A DNA stretch of 63,220 nucleotides, counting the filler, from Sphacelaria rigidula (Eukaryota): the NCBI GenBank assembly GCA_964200075.2. It is 5 parts of 5 records of this genome, joined end to end, with 100 filler letters (N's around TTAATTAATTAA, not from the genome) between each part and the next. Parts side by side here need not be neighbours in the genome. Positions count along the whole stretch, not along the records: positions 50,659 to 63,220 come from CAXNAA020003624.1; 4 more parts are not named here. One strand, 5' to 3'. A program made the translations under genes and the position numbers. Positions 51,541-63,220 of this stretch are shown in pieces. The notes beneath the pieces are model-generated. The model had not been told where the DNA came from. It did not search any database and was given only the letters and a program-made list of their open reading frames with translations. Position 1 is the stretch's first letter; every line of letters begins with the position of its first letter.

Positions 51541-53094
51541 TGCGACGGACCACCGTCAGCGTCACGTACACGGTAACGTCACGCGTTACATGACACGTTA
51601 CGAAGCCTTGAACATTGATTGGTAAAGGAGCCGCAACGTGCACAGAACGAAGCGTTGCATTTCAACGTTACACGTGTCAATGAAACGTTATAGTATACGT
51701 TACACGTGACATTGAAACGTTTCGTATTACGTTACGTGTTACGTGTAACGAAACGTATTCGTAACTTGATTTCTTTTTTTCCTGATGAAGATAACGTAAC
51801 GTCACCGTTAAATTTTCAAGTGAAACGTTCACTTAACGTTCAATTGTTTCGCGTGCCACACGAAACGTAACGTGAACATTAAATTTTACAGACGTGATGA
51901 ACGTAACGGAAGCGTGAGCGTGAAGGTGTAACGTGTACAGCCCTGAGTATTTCAAATTTCGGAGCTTCGGAATGTCACCGCGGCTCTGAAAGATGAACAA
52001 ATGTGATGGTGAAAAAGGAGGGTAGGGGGTCTGGGCCGTCCTCGCAGCGAACACCAATTCAATTGAGTATCTCTTGAGATCGGTGGAATCGGAAAAGGAG
52101 TGCAGATGGGAACTTGCTAACACTGGCTCGGCCATACCACTCGAGCTTTTCTCACCTCGATATTTCATGTTTCTGTCGAGTTGTCGCCTCGTGAAACACC
52201 ACCACTCCACCCAGGTACCGTGATTTCTAGATTTGAAAACTGCAGTACAGTACAGTACCACACTAGGTCATGCACAGCATCCATTCAGGAGCACAAGTCA
52301 TATGGTGACATCGCCCTGCTTGCCTGGCTGCTGTGCTATAGACGCTACTATAGGAAGCGATCATCATTGCATGCAGCGTACTATGCATTGCTGTCTTGGA
52401 TTGCCGATGTGAGATACTGTACACAACAAAATACTCGAAGGCAATTTTTGTTCTGAAACTTGTACTCCCATCATGAGTGCTATGTTACTTGTACAACAGA
52501 CAGCACAGTAGCAACACGACTAGAGTGCTGGGTCCCTGAACTATTTTTTTATCAGAAGGTTTTTTCTACCGATTGCTGTTCGATAGAACTCGAAAGTGCT
52601 AGCGTCAGTTTGTTGAAAGGAACAGATCGTCTCCCCCTCCCCGGAGCGCCCAACTTAGTGTTTGTTGGTTTCATCGGGCGATACGAGTAGATACACCGTT
52701 TATCAGGAAGGTGTTCTTAATTGTGAGACAAAGATTTTCTGCTCTAGTGCAATGAGCACGTAGATTTTCAACAAAACAAACCTGTACATTTCTTCAAAAA
52801 TACGATCGGGACAGGCTCGATCGACCGAAAATACCGAAGAGTCAGAACCTGGGCTGAAACGTGTCAGGCCCCCGATAACCGGTCAGCCCGTAAGTCACTC
52901 AATATTGAGTACAGATGATTTTTTTTCGTGGAATGTAGAGCGGATACAAGTATCTTCAGATCCCCAGTGTGATGAGCGGTGGTAAGCGGAAGAGCCTAAG
53001 AAAATCACCAATTACTAAGGAATTATGAAATGAATACGTAGTTCAGGCGCCCACTACTGTATTTCACAATAATTGCACACGTCAGACAGTTGTT

Positions 53095-53640
53095 GAGCTA
53101 GCTTATCTGCGACCTGTAGCTCAAGTGTAGTCAAACATATAGATGTGGGCTACGTCCGATAGCTCATCCAAGGTAAACGTGCGCTGATGAGCTACGGGTT
53201 GGTAGCTCACCCAGGACAAACATGTGCAGCTCATGTAGCTCTCATAGCTGACCCAGGGCGAATATGAGCTGATGAGCTACGGGTTGGTAGCTCACCTAGG
53301 CCGAACATGCGGAGCTCACGCAGCTCTCATAGCTCACCTAGGGCGAATATGAGCTGATGAGCTACAGGTTAGTAGCTCACCCAGGGCAAACACGTGTAGC
53401 TCATGTAGCTCCCATAGCCCACCCAGAAAAATCATGTGTAGCTCACGCAGCTCTTATAGCTCACACAGGGAAAATACGAGCGGATGAGCTACACTCGATA
53501 GCTCACCCAAGGCAAACATGTGTAGCTCACCCAGCTCTTATAGCCCACCCAGGGGAAACATCCGCGGATGAGCCACGCCCGGTAGCTCACCCCGAGAACA
53601 AGTGCTCATGGCTCACTCACGTCATGTGCCTAGCTAACCC
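53095..53640. repeat. AGCT-rich degenerate tandem array (~37-40-bp units); second array at 54560-55044 plus 55963-56060
   Basis: Recurring GAGCTGATGAGCTACGGGTTGGTAGCTCACC and GCAGCTCTCATAGCTCACC units. Confidence 0.9.
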
Positions 53641-55044
53641 GGTGTCGCTCATGATGTTACATTCTTGCTCTAACGGCCGCGCCCCGGTGGTGTCCGACTG
53701 TCGCCATTAGGGTGGAGAGGACTAGGGTTCGATTCCCGATGCGTTTGGTTTTTTCTTCGTATTGTATGATTTCCACCGTGGAAACTGTGAGAGCGGGAGT
53801 AAACAAAGTGGTCAAACTGGGTTTGTGTGACGTGAGTTGACGCGGTGCGGGAGTGCTGGCCCAATCCGCGAGACCAAAATGTAAGGCGCGTACCGGGGGA
53901 GAGATGGGTCGATCCCTCGAGACAACGGGCTCATCCCGAGGAAGGGGAGGGGTTAAAAGTGCAAACGAAAAAAAAATGGACGGCGTAAGATAGCATTAGA
54001 TTGTGGTTTTCTGCCTCGCTTATTGCGTTGGGAAGAAAAGAGCTCAACACGATCCTCGTTCGCATGGTCGAATGGTTAAAAATATTATATAAGATTCGGT
54101 GTCTTCAATAATCGATCAATTCATTGTTCTTGACCGCTTGGCCGCGAGGGTACGAGTCCATCTGGTCATGCATCATTGTTTGAAGTGAAATTGAAGACGA
54201 ATTAACAGATGACCTATGCTCGCCGTCAAAAGAGAGAAGCGATCGAATATTGAATGTGCGTTCACTTCTTCCTCCACATCGATTGCCCGTTGCGGAGGAT
54301 CCAAATCCACGGCATTATTTCCCTCTGAAGCGCCGCTAGAGCTGCTGCTCCTGGCGGTCGCCACGTAGGACGGCTTGTGTGTGCGTATGGTTGTATGTGA
54401 GTGTGGTGCCTACGGTGGGGATGGCTTCGGATGCGGTCATTGTCGATGTTTACGAACGGCACATCCATCACTGAACAAAACGGAACACAGGTGTTCACAC
54501 AAGCAACCGTTTTCACGTATCAACGTGCATGAGCATCAGAACAGAAACAACTCCAAATCGGCGTAGCTCCCGTAGCTATTCAGCTCAACCAGGGCAGACA
54601 TGAGTAGCTGATGTAGCTCTCAGCTTACCCAGGGCAAACATGCGCGAATGAGCTACGTCCAGTAGCTCACCCAGAGCAATTAGGCGTAGCTCACCTTGCT
54701 CTCATAGCCCATCGAGGGCAATATGCGTAGCTCATGTATCTCTCATAGCTCATCCGGGAAAAACGTGCGTAGCTCATGCAGCTCTCATAGCTTACCCGCG
54801 GCGAATATGAGCTGATGAGCTACGGGTTGGTAGCTCACCTAGGGTAAACATGCGTAGCTCATGCAGCTCTCATACCTCACCCAGGCTGGATATGAGCTGA
54901 TGAGCTACGGGTTGGCAGCTCGTATATGGCAAACACGCGTAGCTCATGCAGCTCTCCTTGCTCACCCTGGGCGACTATGGGCTGATGAGCTACGGGTTGG
55001 TAGCTCACCTAGGTCAAACATGCGTAGCTCATATTGCTCTTAGA

Positions 55045-55962
55045 CGAGCTGGGCCGGCAGTGAATCCCACATTTTCTCTCCGCACTACAACTTCTCAAGT
55101 TTCCCAAATCTACGGAACTTGAGCATATCGCTGTGAACTGCAGCCTTTCCTGGTAACACGGCATCGCCGCTGCTTGATTGGCGCAGTTTTGGCGATGATG
55201 TTATTTTACTGCATTGAGTACCGGGAACGTCTCTTGCCATTGCGTGACAACATATCTAGAGACGTTTCGTTTCACAAAAGGCGATGGAACTACGATAGAC
55301 CGTTGCGCCACATAGGCACACGCACACCCGGCATGCCCAGGCAAGAGCACACCGGTCGTGCTGCAAGATGGCATCAAGCTCGTCATAAGCTCCATAATGG
55401 GAGAAAACCTCCGAGCCAACTGCCGTATATCACTGCACGAGGGAGAAGTACCACTTGAAACTGCGGTATACCCTCCCCCTAAAGCAAGACCGTCACCGAA
55501 ATATCGAGACCCTTTGCAACCCAGAGATACGAGAGATTATGCACGATTAGTATGCACACAAAAATAAATTGTCGTGTCGGGATTTGAACTCGTGACCGTG
55601 TAATTTGAGGCTGTTGTATCAGTTTGACCACCGGGGTCGCACAAAAACTGCGACGCGAAGCCGAATTTTACGTATTTTTGGCTGAAACTTTACAAGGATG
55701 TGGTTGACGCGAGTGCCCGTATGTGCCGGAGCGTTGTCATCATTTTTTATCAATTTTTGAGGAAGTAATATAGCATTTTTCCTGGATTTGCTGAACCTTC
55801 AACTCGGTCTCACTTCTTTTGTTTTTCCCCCGTGACATCCCTTACAGGGTTGCGCGGATTGATGATGAAAATGTCGTGTCAAAATTTCAGCGCCTAACTC
55901 TTGGAGTTGCCAATAGCATCTCTACTCTTCGTTGAAAAATCACTGATGGCCGGCCCAGCTCG
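55045..55962. mobile_element. CGAGCTGGGCCGGC-TIR element inserted into the AGCT tandem repeat
   Basis: Perfect TIRs; the host repeat resumes at 55965; contains a tRNA-like head on the minus strand (~55570-55640). Confidence 0.85.
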
Positions 55963-56344
55963 TCGCTGACTGAGGGAAAACATGCGCAGCTCATGTAGCT
56001 CTCATAGCTCACTAGGGAGCTACGCTAAAAGAGAGCGAGCTCGAGATACAGGGAGCTGATCAATCCGATGTGTGAATGATTGCAAGTATACGCCTAAACT
56101 GCGCTCCAGCACGCGGGTGTGTGTCTGAGTTGTCGTACTATACTCTGTATGGTGGGAAGTCGGGGGTTTTAATGAGTCGGGGGGTGCTAATGTTATTTAC
56201 GAGCGCAAATCTCGATATTTCCTCTGAGAACCGTCCGTGCGTTTGCCCGTTTCTGCCATAATCAACATCGCGCAGATCGCATCGCGGTTCATGGGGGAAA
56301 CGCAAATAAGTCCAGTATAGTACCTGTCGGTACCGTACGTCAGC

Positions 56345-56467
56345 ATGCCGTCTTCTGTGCGAGTCAGAGTGGTGGAGGCAAGGGACCTTCCTGAGATGGA
56401 CCGTACGGTGCGCGGGGAGTTCTGCACAGATGCCTATGTGGACATCAAGTTTCGCAATTACGAACAG
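56345..56467 (+). CDS. C2CD5: C2CD5/KIAA0528-like C2-domain protein, exon 1 (absent from the ORF track)
   Basis: ATG at 56345: MPSSVRVRVVEARDLPEMDRTVRGEFCTDAYVDIKFRNYEQ, then GTGAAA donor; fits the C2CD5 N-terminal pattern MP..LKV+IV.AR.LP.MDR...TDA+V++KF. Confidence 0.88.
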
Positions 56468-59400
56468 GTGAAAAAAAACGGCAGCGAAAAAACCGCGTCA
56501 TTTTTCGAAAACGCGACTGGTTAGACAAAAATCTTGAAATCCAAATTTGCTTGAAAAACGACAGTGAAAACGGCAAAACTAGATATCGGATCGGGCACAC
56601 CTTGGACACTTGTAGGGCATGAGCAGGTGACAAATTCAACTCAGTAGTATTTTCCACCCGATATTGTCGTACTCGGCCACATGTCCGGGTGAACCCACCG
56701 ACTATCTGATCGTGGCGAAATAAGCCTCACGTATACCTAGTAAGTCTCCTGTAGTTCAATCGGTCTCATACGGATCTTTCGTAGTATGGATGCCTTTTTT
56801 TTCGTGTAGATGTTTTGGNNNNNNNNNNGCTCCTTGCACTCTGTGACCACGGGTTCGAGAGATCGAGCTAATGTGATGGATATAGTAATAATAATAATAC
56901 CTACTTTGGATCATTTCCTCCCAAACCTGTAACGTCAGTGTCAGTCGTTCATTCATTGTGGCGGAAATTTTGCTTGTTTGTGGGAGATATTGTACCTGAT
57001 TCTAACATTTATCACAATTGGTACGTTTCACCCCTTCTGCGGTCCAACATATTGCAGCAACGTAAAATCGTAAGCCCAACCGGTAGAACATATGGTGCAT
57101 GACGTCAGAGCAGAATCTTGGTTATAGTAGTTTTCATCTGAAACAGGGGGCTTTTGGTAATTTTTCTGTTGGTGGCCATTTGCAATAGTGTTTTCACGCG
57201 CCACTGCTCATCTCAGTGAATGTTTGACCTCGAAGTTTGGGGATCGGGAGATACCAGCCATCCGCCCCACATTCCGAAACAAAAGTCATCGCTGCGCTCA
57301 GTATTGAACGACTAACGGGCTAAATTCACAGGGGAATGTTGTTGACCATTTTTGGTCCAATACACATTTATTTTCGGCTCTAGCTCAATGATAGAAATAA
57401 AACATAAGGGTCTCTGGAATTGTTCGCGGGAGCGATCGGGATTGGTTGGTTTACCCCCACCCCCCCCCCCCCCCCATGTGCAATGCAAAGCTCTGTTAAG
57501 CAGTTTACGTAGATGGGTACTTTTCTGAATGTTCTCGTATAGTTTTTTATGAGGATACCGTGGCACGCGGGGGTGCTGCAGGGACCGGAGAGATTTATGA
57601 CTCCTCGGCACAACAACGAGGACGACGCCAGCCGAATACTTTCCACTAAACGGGTTCTTTGAGGAGAGCAGGAGGGTGATGGAAGAACGTGTAGCCAGCT
57701 TGTAACGTAATGCACATAGCGGAGGTGGCAGAAGTCCCCATCATCTCCCCATATTTCTTCGTTTTCCCCTACTAATTGCTCCCTACCATGTATCCCTCCC
57801 CCGAGATGGTGTCGTTTTATGGTGTGTTGTCATGTGGTGCTCTTCTTGTTATGCCCATTATCGTAGGTTCCTACACATGTCTGTCTCTCTAGAGGTACAA
57901 GGGTAGAACCCTGCGATTCTTATCGTTATGTTTTGTGAACTTGGTCCCTGACTTTGGCTCCATATTATTTGGCCTCGAGTGTTGAGTGGGCCGTTGGGCC
58001 CTGCCTCTAGTAGACCGAATGATCGCCCGCGACACCGGAACTTCTGAGGTTGGCATTTTTTTTTTTTTCTGTCCCTTTATTTTTGTATCGCGTCCCTGTG
58101 ATTTTTTCTGGGTCTGACTTAATTGTTTTATTTCATTTTACCTTGTTGGGGTAGTGAGCCTGTGACCACGGACGGCGTCCGCATCAGATGCCTCAGTACA
58201 GAGTACTGCGCAGATATCGGAACGATTTTCAATTTGAAAACAATGACAACAACCACTATTATCCCTTAGCACTCGAAAGTCCCAGCGTCGATAGATATTG
58301 GGGGGAAAAGCAGGTCGTGCTCAGGACACAATCCTCAAGCTGGTGTTCTCGGGGTGATACGGAGTAGGTACTAAGTTCATCAGCGGGGTGTTATCGACTG
58401 TCACTGGGCCGAAAAGTACAGCTTTTCGTCTCTAGCGCAATGGATAAGTAGAAATCAAGAAAAAGCGTCCTCTACATTCGTTCACGAAAACAATCACGAT
58501 TGCTTCAATCCAGCCAAAATACCCAAGGGTTAGAATCTGTGGTTGGGTAGTCGCAGGACCCCCGAGGACCGGTGAGCTCGTACGTCGTTCAATATTGAGT
58601 GCAGATATGATTTTGTTTCGGAATGTGGAGGGAATACCTGGTTTCTCCCGATCCCCAAACATTGGATCAAACGTTCACTGGGATGAGCGATGGCACGCGA
58701 AAACATGATTAAAAATCGCCGACCACGAAAAAAGCATCAATATCCCCTATCTCAGCTGCAAAGTATTGTATGTGCTTTTGTTAGCAGCACACCTCAACCC
58801 TTTTGCACTCGGAAGGCGTGCGTACATCACGCCTTCCGTGCGTTGCTGGTGGGACGTGTTTCTTTGAATTACCACGCTAGAGCCCGCACTTGCTCCTCGG
58901 CTAAACGAGTGTCCACATATTGCTGATGCGGTAGTTCTCCCCCTTCGTCTCTAGCTTTTTGCGCAATAGGGATGAGAGAAAAAGCGTTCGCAACGGTAAA
59001 AAAAAGAGTTATTTTTATCCTTCATGTAGTACTTCTGTGAGGTACGGACGGACTTTGCAAAGGTACAGCTCTTCTCACCTCCGGAAAATGCAAGAATAGC
59101 CAAATGTGGCACGCAACAGAGAAAAAAACGCCCAATAGCATGAAACAGCGTGTCGTCATCGTTATCAGTTCGTAGCAAAAAAAAGGAATTCCAAGAAATA
59201 ATCGACGTGTCCGTGTCTGCTATATAGTGAAACCGCTTGGGTGGGAAGATTTCGCGATCCTTACAGCGAAAATCTCCGAGTATATTGTGACCCTTTGGTC
59301 AATAAATTGAGTCATCTTTTGGATCAGCAGTATGTTCACTTGAAAAGTGGATGGAGAACCCAGGTGGCCCGCCCTAGCGGTCAAAGAGTTGAAATCGTGG

Positions 59401-59874
59401 TCGCGGGACATCGTTCGCATTCGACGACTCGAAGTACGGAGTATTTTTTTGTCGCGGTCAAAGTGTTAACGCACCCGATACAATGGACCCTCGTGCAAGT
59501 TATTGTACAGTACTGAATACGTATGCAGTACGCGCTCTGCTTGATGCCCAAATTGTGGCTTGAGTGTTATGCATGTGGAATACAGAACGCCCCTGTATTT
59601 TCTCGACGGAAACACCCACAGTGACCCTGTTGTGCGCTCTCGAAGAACGCCGTTAATCTGTCGAAAACGTGTCGATCAATTGTCATTTTCGTCCACGATG
59701 ACGGGCACGATGTTTGAGCATCATGGTCGCTTCGAATTAGTGAATTAGTTGTCGTTCATACGTGATGGGCAAAGGATAATAGAAGTGCTGGAGCAGATTA
59801 AGGTAGTGTGCGACGAGGGAGAGCGGAGTGTGTCGCTGCTTTGGGTTCCATCACCCCCCCTCACCCGCTCCGCG

Positions 59875-60390
59875 ATGGGGTTGGCGTCGGTTGGCGATGA
59901 CACTGTAAAACACGCCACTTACTGCGTAATCGAGGCAACCAGGTTACCGATTTTGTTTTGCGCGCTTGCGTGTTTTTTGCGGTAGCCATGATGGTAGTCG
60001 CGCTAGATCATGTTGTGCGGCGTGGGAATACCTCAACTCCGCACAATGGGGGTGATCGTATCACGTAGTGTTTGAATCGTGAGAAACCCATGAGACAGTG
60101 TATAAGCCGTGGCTGCCTCTGGAGGTGGCGATACCAGACAAAAAAACGTTTCATTGGAGGCTGTCATCCAAATGCAAGATAATCAGTAGGCTTCAGGCCG
60201 AACAATCTTAGCAGGATGCAGCTCACCCATCATGCGACTTACCGAACACCCCACAGCGCTTCACGCTTGGTGATTGAGGGCGAGCCTGGTCTGGCGAAAA
60301 CCCGGCGTGCACGTCCCGGCATTGTAGGGGTGCAAGGTCAATGGTCTTATGACTATGGTATGCATGGTCATGAGTACCCCCCCCCCCCCC
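59875..60390 (+). repeat. Family B repeat, copy with the most complete 3' end (CATGAGTA followed by a C-run)
   Basis: Collinear with 22768-23214; similar tails at 25214-25232 and 50523-50558 (-). Confidence 0.88.
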
Positions 60391-60607
60391 TGCGCGGACC
60401 AGCTCCGTGGTGTTGCGAGAGACTACTACTGCTCTCGTGCTACACCGTTTTCTACCTCGTAATGGTGGTGTAGATAAGCTCGGGAATATCAACGTCCTAC
60501 AATCGTGCAGAACATCTGGTGGGTTTGCATGTGCCTCGTTGACTAAACACCTTGATTGAATGTTCGATAACGTGCCGAAAGAAATAGCTCAAAATCCCAC
60601 AAGACTA

Positions 60608-60650
<43 letters not shown>

Positions 60651-60658
60651 GCTGCTGC
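60608..60658. repeat. (GTT)n microsatellite; also (CTG)n 24491-24560, (GT)n 50446-50470, poly-C 24284-24312
   Basis: Directly visible. Confidence 0.95.
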
Positions 60659-60971
60659 TCGTATCTAGCAGCAGTCTGCTCCCCCCTTCTTTTACTGCTC
60701 TGATCACCAGAAATGTCATGTACTTCTCCTCGAACTCTCCTATACCCGTGCCAGATTAGGTAGCGACGAACCTGATGCACTCCCTTGCCACCCGTTCGAT
60801 ATGCATGTCACTCCCGCAGCAGGAGCCAATGATGGGAACGCTATGGGACATCTCGAGCATCCTACTCTCCGCATTCGGTGTTGATGTTGGTGTTGCTCAT
60901 TTGCGTGACCTGCAGTATATTTTCTCCTCTTGTCCTGTGTGGTTCTCGTTTTTTTTTATTATTCTCGCCAG

Positions 60972-61076
60972 CGAACGAGCGTCTGCAAGAAGACACTGAA
61001 TCCGGTGTGGGATGAGGAGTTCAAGTTCGAGGTCGCGGACGACTCTGTGCTGCAGAATGAACCAATCGAATTCAAG
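60972..61076 (+). CDS. C2CD5: C2CD5/KIAA0528-like C2-domain protein, exon 2; gene continues beyond this exon
   Basis: RTSVCKKTLNPVWDEEFKFEVADDSVLQNEPIEFK; polypyrimidine CAG acceptor, GTTTGT donor, phase 0 compatible with exon 1 across a ~4.5-kb intron; FKFEV.D..LQ.EP is C2CD5-like. Confidence 0.9.
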
Positions 61077-61329
61077 GTTTGTGCACATGGATGTTCTTAT
61101 TTTTCTCACATATGCAGGAGTATGTGGTAGACTGACTGGACTGGACGAGAAAAGGTCAATCCGTTTGCGTCGGTTTTTAGAGGTATTGCAGGATACATGG
61201 GAAGGTGTTTGTGTCAATGCCTTGGCCGACGATCTGTGTGTTTGTGCTCGCGCGCGCATGTGCGTGTGTTTTTCACACTCTGGACAATGGACACAGTCAT
61301 AGTCCATTGCTTCAGCAAAAGACACGGGG

Positions 61330-63100
61330 GAACACCTATCGATGTATACTGTCGAGCACGATAGATGGTGAAACACATTTATTGATACAGTGTGTATTGC
61401 AAGGGACAAAGGATGTTGCAATAGTTGATCGATAGCCTATGGTAATTACAATATATGATCACTCGCCATCGATGGAAATCGTGTACCGCCGCAATAAATT
61501 GTGGGAAGTATATATCGATAGCCATTGCCGTAATCAACAGGTTTGGTGAGTGATCCATCGACACGCATTGCCGTTATCAATAGATTTGGTGAGCCATTTA
61601 AATGACCACTTACCGTCGTCAATAGATTTGATGAGCCGTCCATCGGTGGCTCTGCCGCAAACAATATATATTCTGGGTATCTATCAATGTGGTCATTGCC
61701 GTCAACAATCGATTGCTCTCGGGAGTACCTATCGATATCCAGTGATGCCAACGATGGGCCTTGAAAAAGATATTGCTCACTGCAGTGGTCTTATGACGTC
61801 AACGGCAATGCCCCTCCTCACACATGAACACGCAACTACCTGAGGCGATAGCTGGCCGTAGCTACTGTGGAATAAGATATAAACATCCACAGAAAAATGT
61901 GCATACATAGTGCTAGTGATCGATGCAATTCAGGTATTGTTGTGGTCAGCAATAGATACTGGTGGCCGCAATTCAGATTGCATTGTGACCAGCGATATAC
62001 ATTGGTGGCCGCGGTCGAGATGACACTGCGACTCTCAATAGACATTGGTGGGCGCTATTCAGATTCTATTGTGACCCTAAATGGACATTGGTGGGCGCAA
62101 TGGGTATCCTATTGTGACCAACAATATGTATCGGTGGCCACAATTCAGAGCCTATTGCAACAAATAAAATGTATCGATAGACAACTTGGCCCCTCCGTTG
62201 TCACGGCAATGATACGTTCTGTGCCTTGTCCCGAATCTGTTGTCGCCTACAATAGCTATCGATAGATATTGATGCCAGTCGATCGTGACTTACAATGAAC
62301 ATTGATAGTCAAATTTTCGGGGCCATTGCAGCGCCAATGTTCTATTAAATGTCTGTTGTCCAGGGTATGAGCACATCTCACCCACACACAAGCGTACTGT
62401 GAGCGCTCATGTCCATCAGAGGGGCAACCATAAGTACCAACACCACACCAACAACAAAACTTGTACACTTTTGTTCACACATATTGCGCATTCCTACAAA
62501 ATCCAAATCTGTAGAAACGTGACTATATATATATCCACAAGAAGTATCATCATATACCCACTGCGTGTCCACCTGCGGCTTCTCCACCATACTTTACGGA
62601 GTATGATATGCTCAAAACGTAGCATGTTCCAATGTAGGTGTGGCAATAGACGACAGAGAATATCTATCGGTAGGTATTGTATACCACAGTAGATTCTGGT
62701 ATGTATCTATCGATATTCGTTGCCGCCATGCATAGATTGTGTACGCAATCTGTCATAGCGATTACTGTCATCCATAGATTTAGTATACAATCTGTCAATA
62801 GCCATCGTCGTCATGAAAATATTGGACACGCGGTCTATCGATAGCCATTGCCGTCATCAATAGATTTGGAAAGCTATCGATCGATACCTTTGGTCGGCCG
62901 CGATAGATTTCGGTGTAGAGCCACAGCGGACTGCTGCCCGGACAAAAGTGTGGGAAACTGGTCTTTCGAGAGACATTGCCGACGACAATAGGAAGCAAAA
63001 TTCGCCGATCGATGGCCAATACGGACGACAATATTGGCATCTACTGCAGCGGTTTCTATTGCTATTGCAACACATGTAGTCTATTGTCCAGGGTGTGTTT
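61330..63100. repeat. ATCGAT(AG)-rich degenerate tandem/subterminal repeat region in a C2CD5 intron
   Basis: Recurring GCCATTGCCGTCATCAATAGATTTGG (61521-61630, 62844-62870) and many ATCGAT motifs. Confidence 0.7.
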
Positions 63101-63220
63101 TTGCGTTGTTCTCTATTTTCGCCGTCAGATCCTGTGTCGCTGTGACTGTTGTAACTGTGATCCATGATGCGTGGGCAATTCTCTCGCTGAGCCATCCCAC
63201 GCGTTGAGGCGGGGGGGGGG

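Noticed and set aside
53260..53300. CTGATGA followed by a hairpin in the AGCT arrays, as a hammerhead ribozyme
   Set aside because: The stem is followed by TCAC, not GAAA. Other CTGANGA sites checked (729, 33021, 46271) also lack a valid stem II or stem I.
53095..55044. Palindromic ~38-bp repeats as a CRISPR array
   Set aside because: No unique spacers, the units are degenerate, there are no cas genes, and the context is eukaryotic.
60589..60780. Poly-Q ORF (and the poly-L start of ORF 24490)
   Set aside because: Translations of intronic microsatellites.

Overview
Eukaryotic, repeat-rich nuclear DNA with kilobase-scale GT-AG introns. A stramenopile, probably a brown alga, is my inference from intron style and TE content. 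The window is not one locus: it holds five pieces of 12567, 12565, 12564, 12562 and 12562 nt, each joined by an identical 100-nt linker (N44-TTAATTAATTAA-N44), i.e. size-sorted unplaced scaffolds, so adjacency across a linker means nothing. Supported host genes are partial: three exons of a DusA-type tRNA-dihydrouridine synthase (+), two 3' exons of a DCAF8-like WD40 gene (-), the first two exons of a C2CD5-like gene (+), and a degenerate Ser/Thr kinase with one clean HxD..DFG exon. The rest is nested mobile DNA: Copia relics, an RTE LINE fragment, tRNA-derived SINEs, hAT- and piggyBac-like MITEs, a TA-flanked CGAGCTGGGCC-TIR family, and a dispersed ~500-nt repeat that looks like a structured RNA. 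The best novelty candidates are the CGAGCTGGGCC element, which carries a spliced AP2-like plus transposase-C-terminus relic, and the structured-RNA-like repeat. Most ORFs in the supplied track are spurious.
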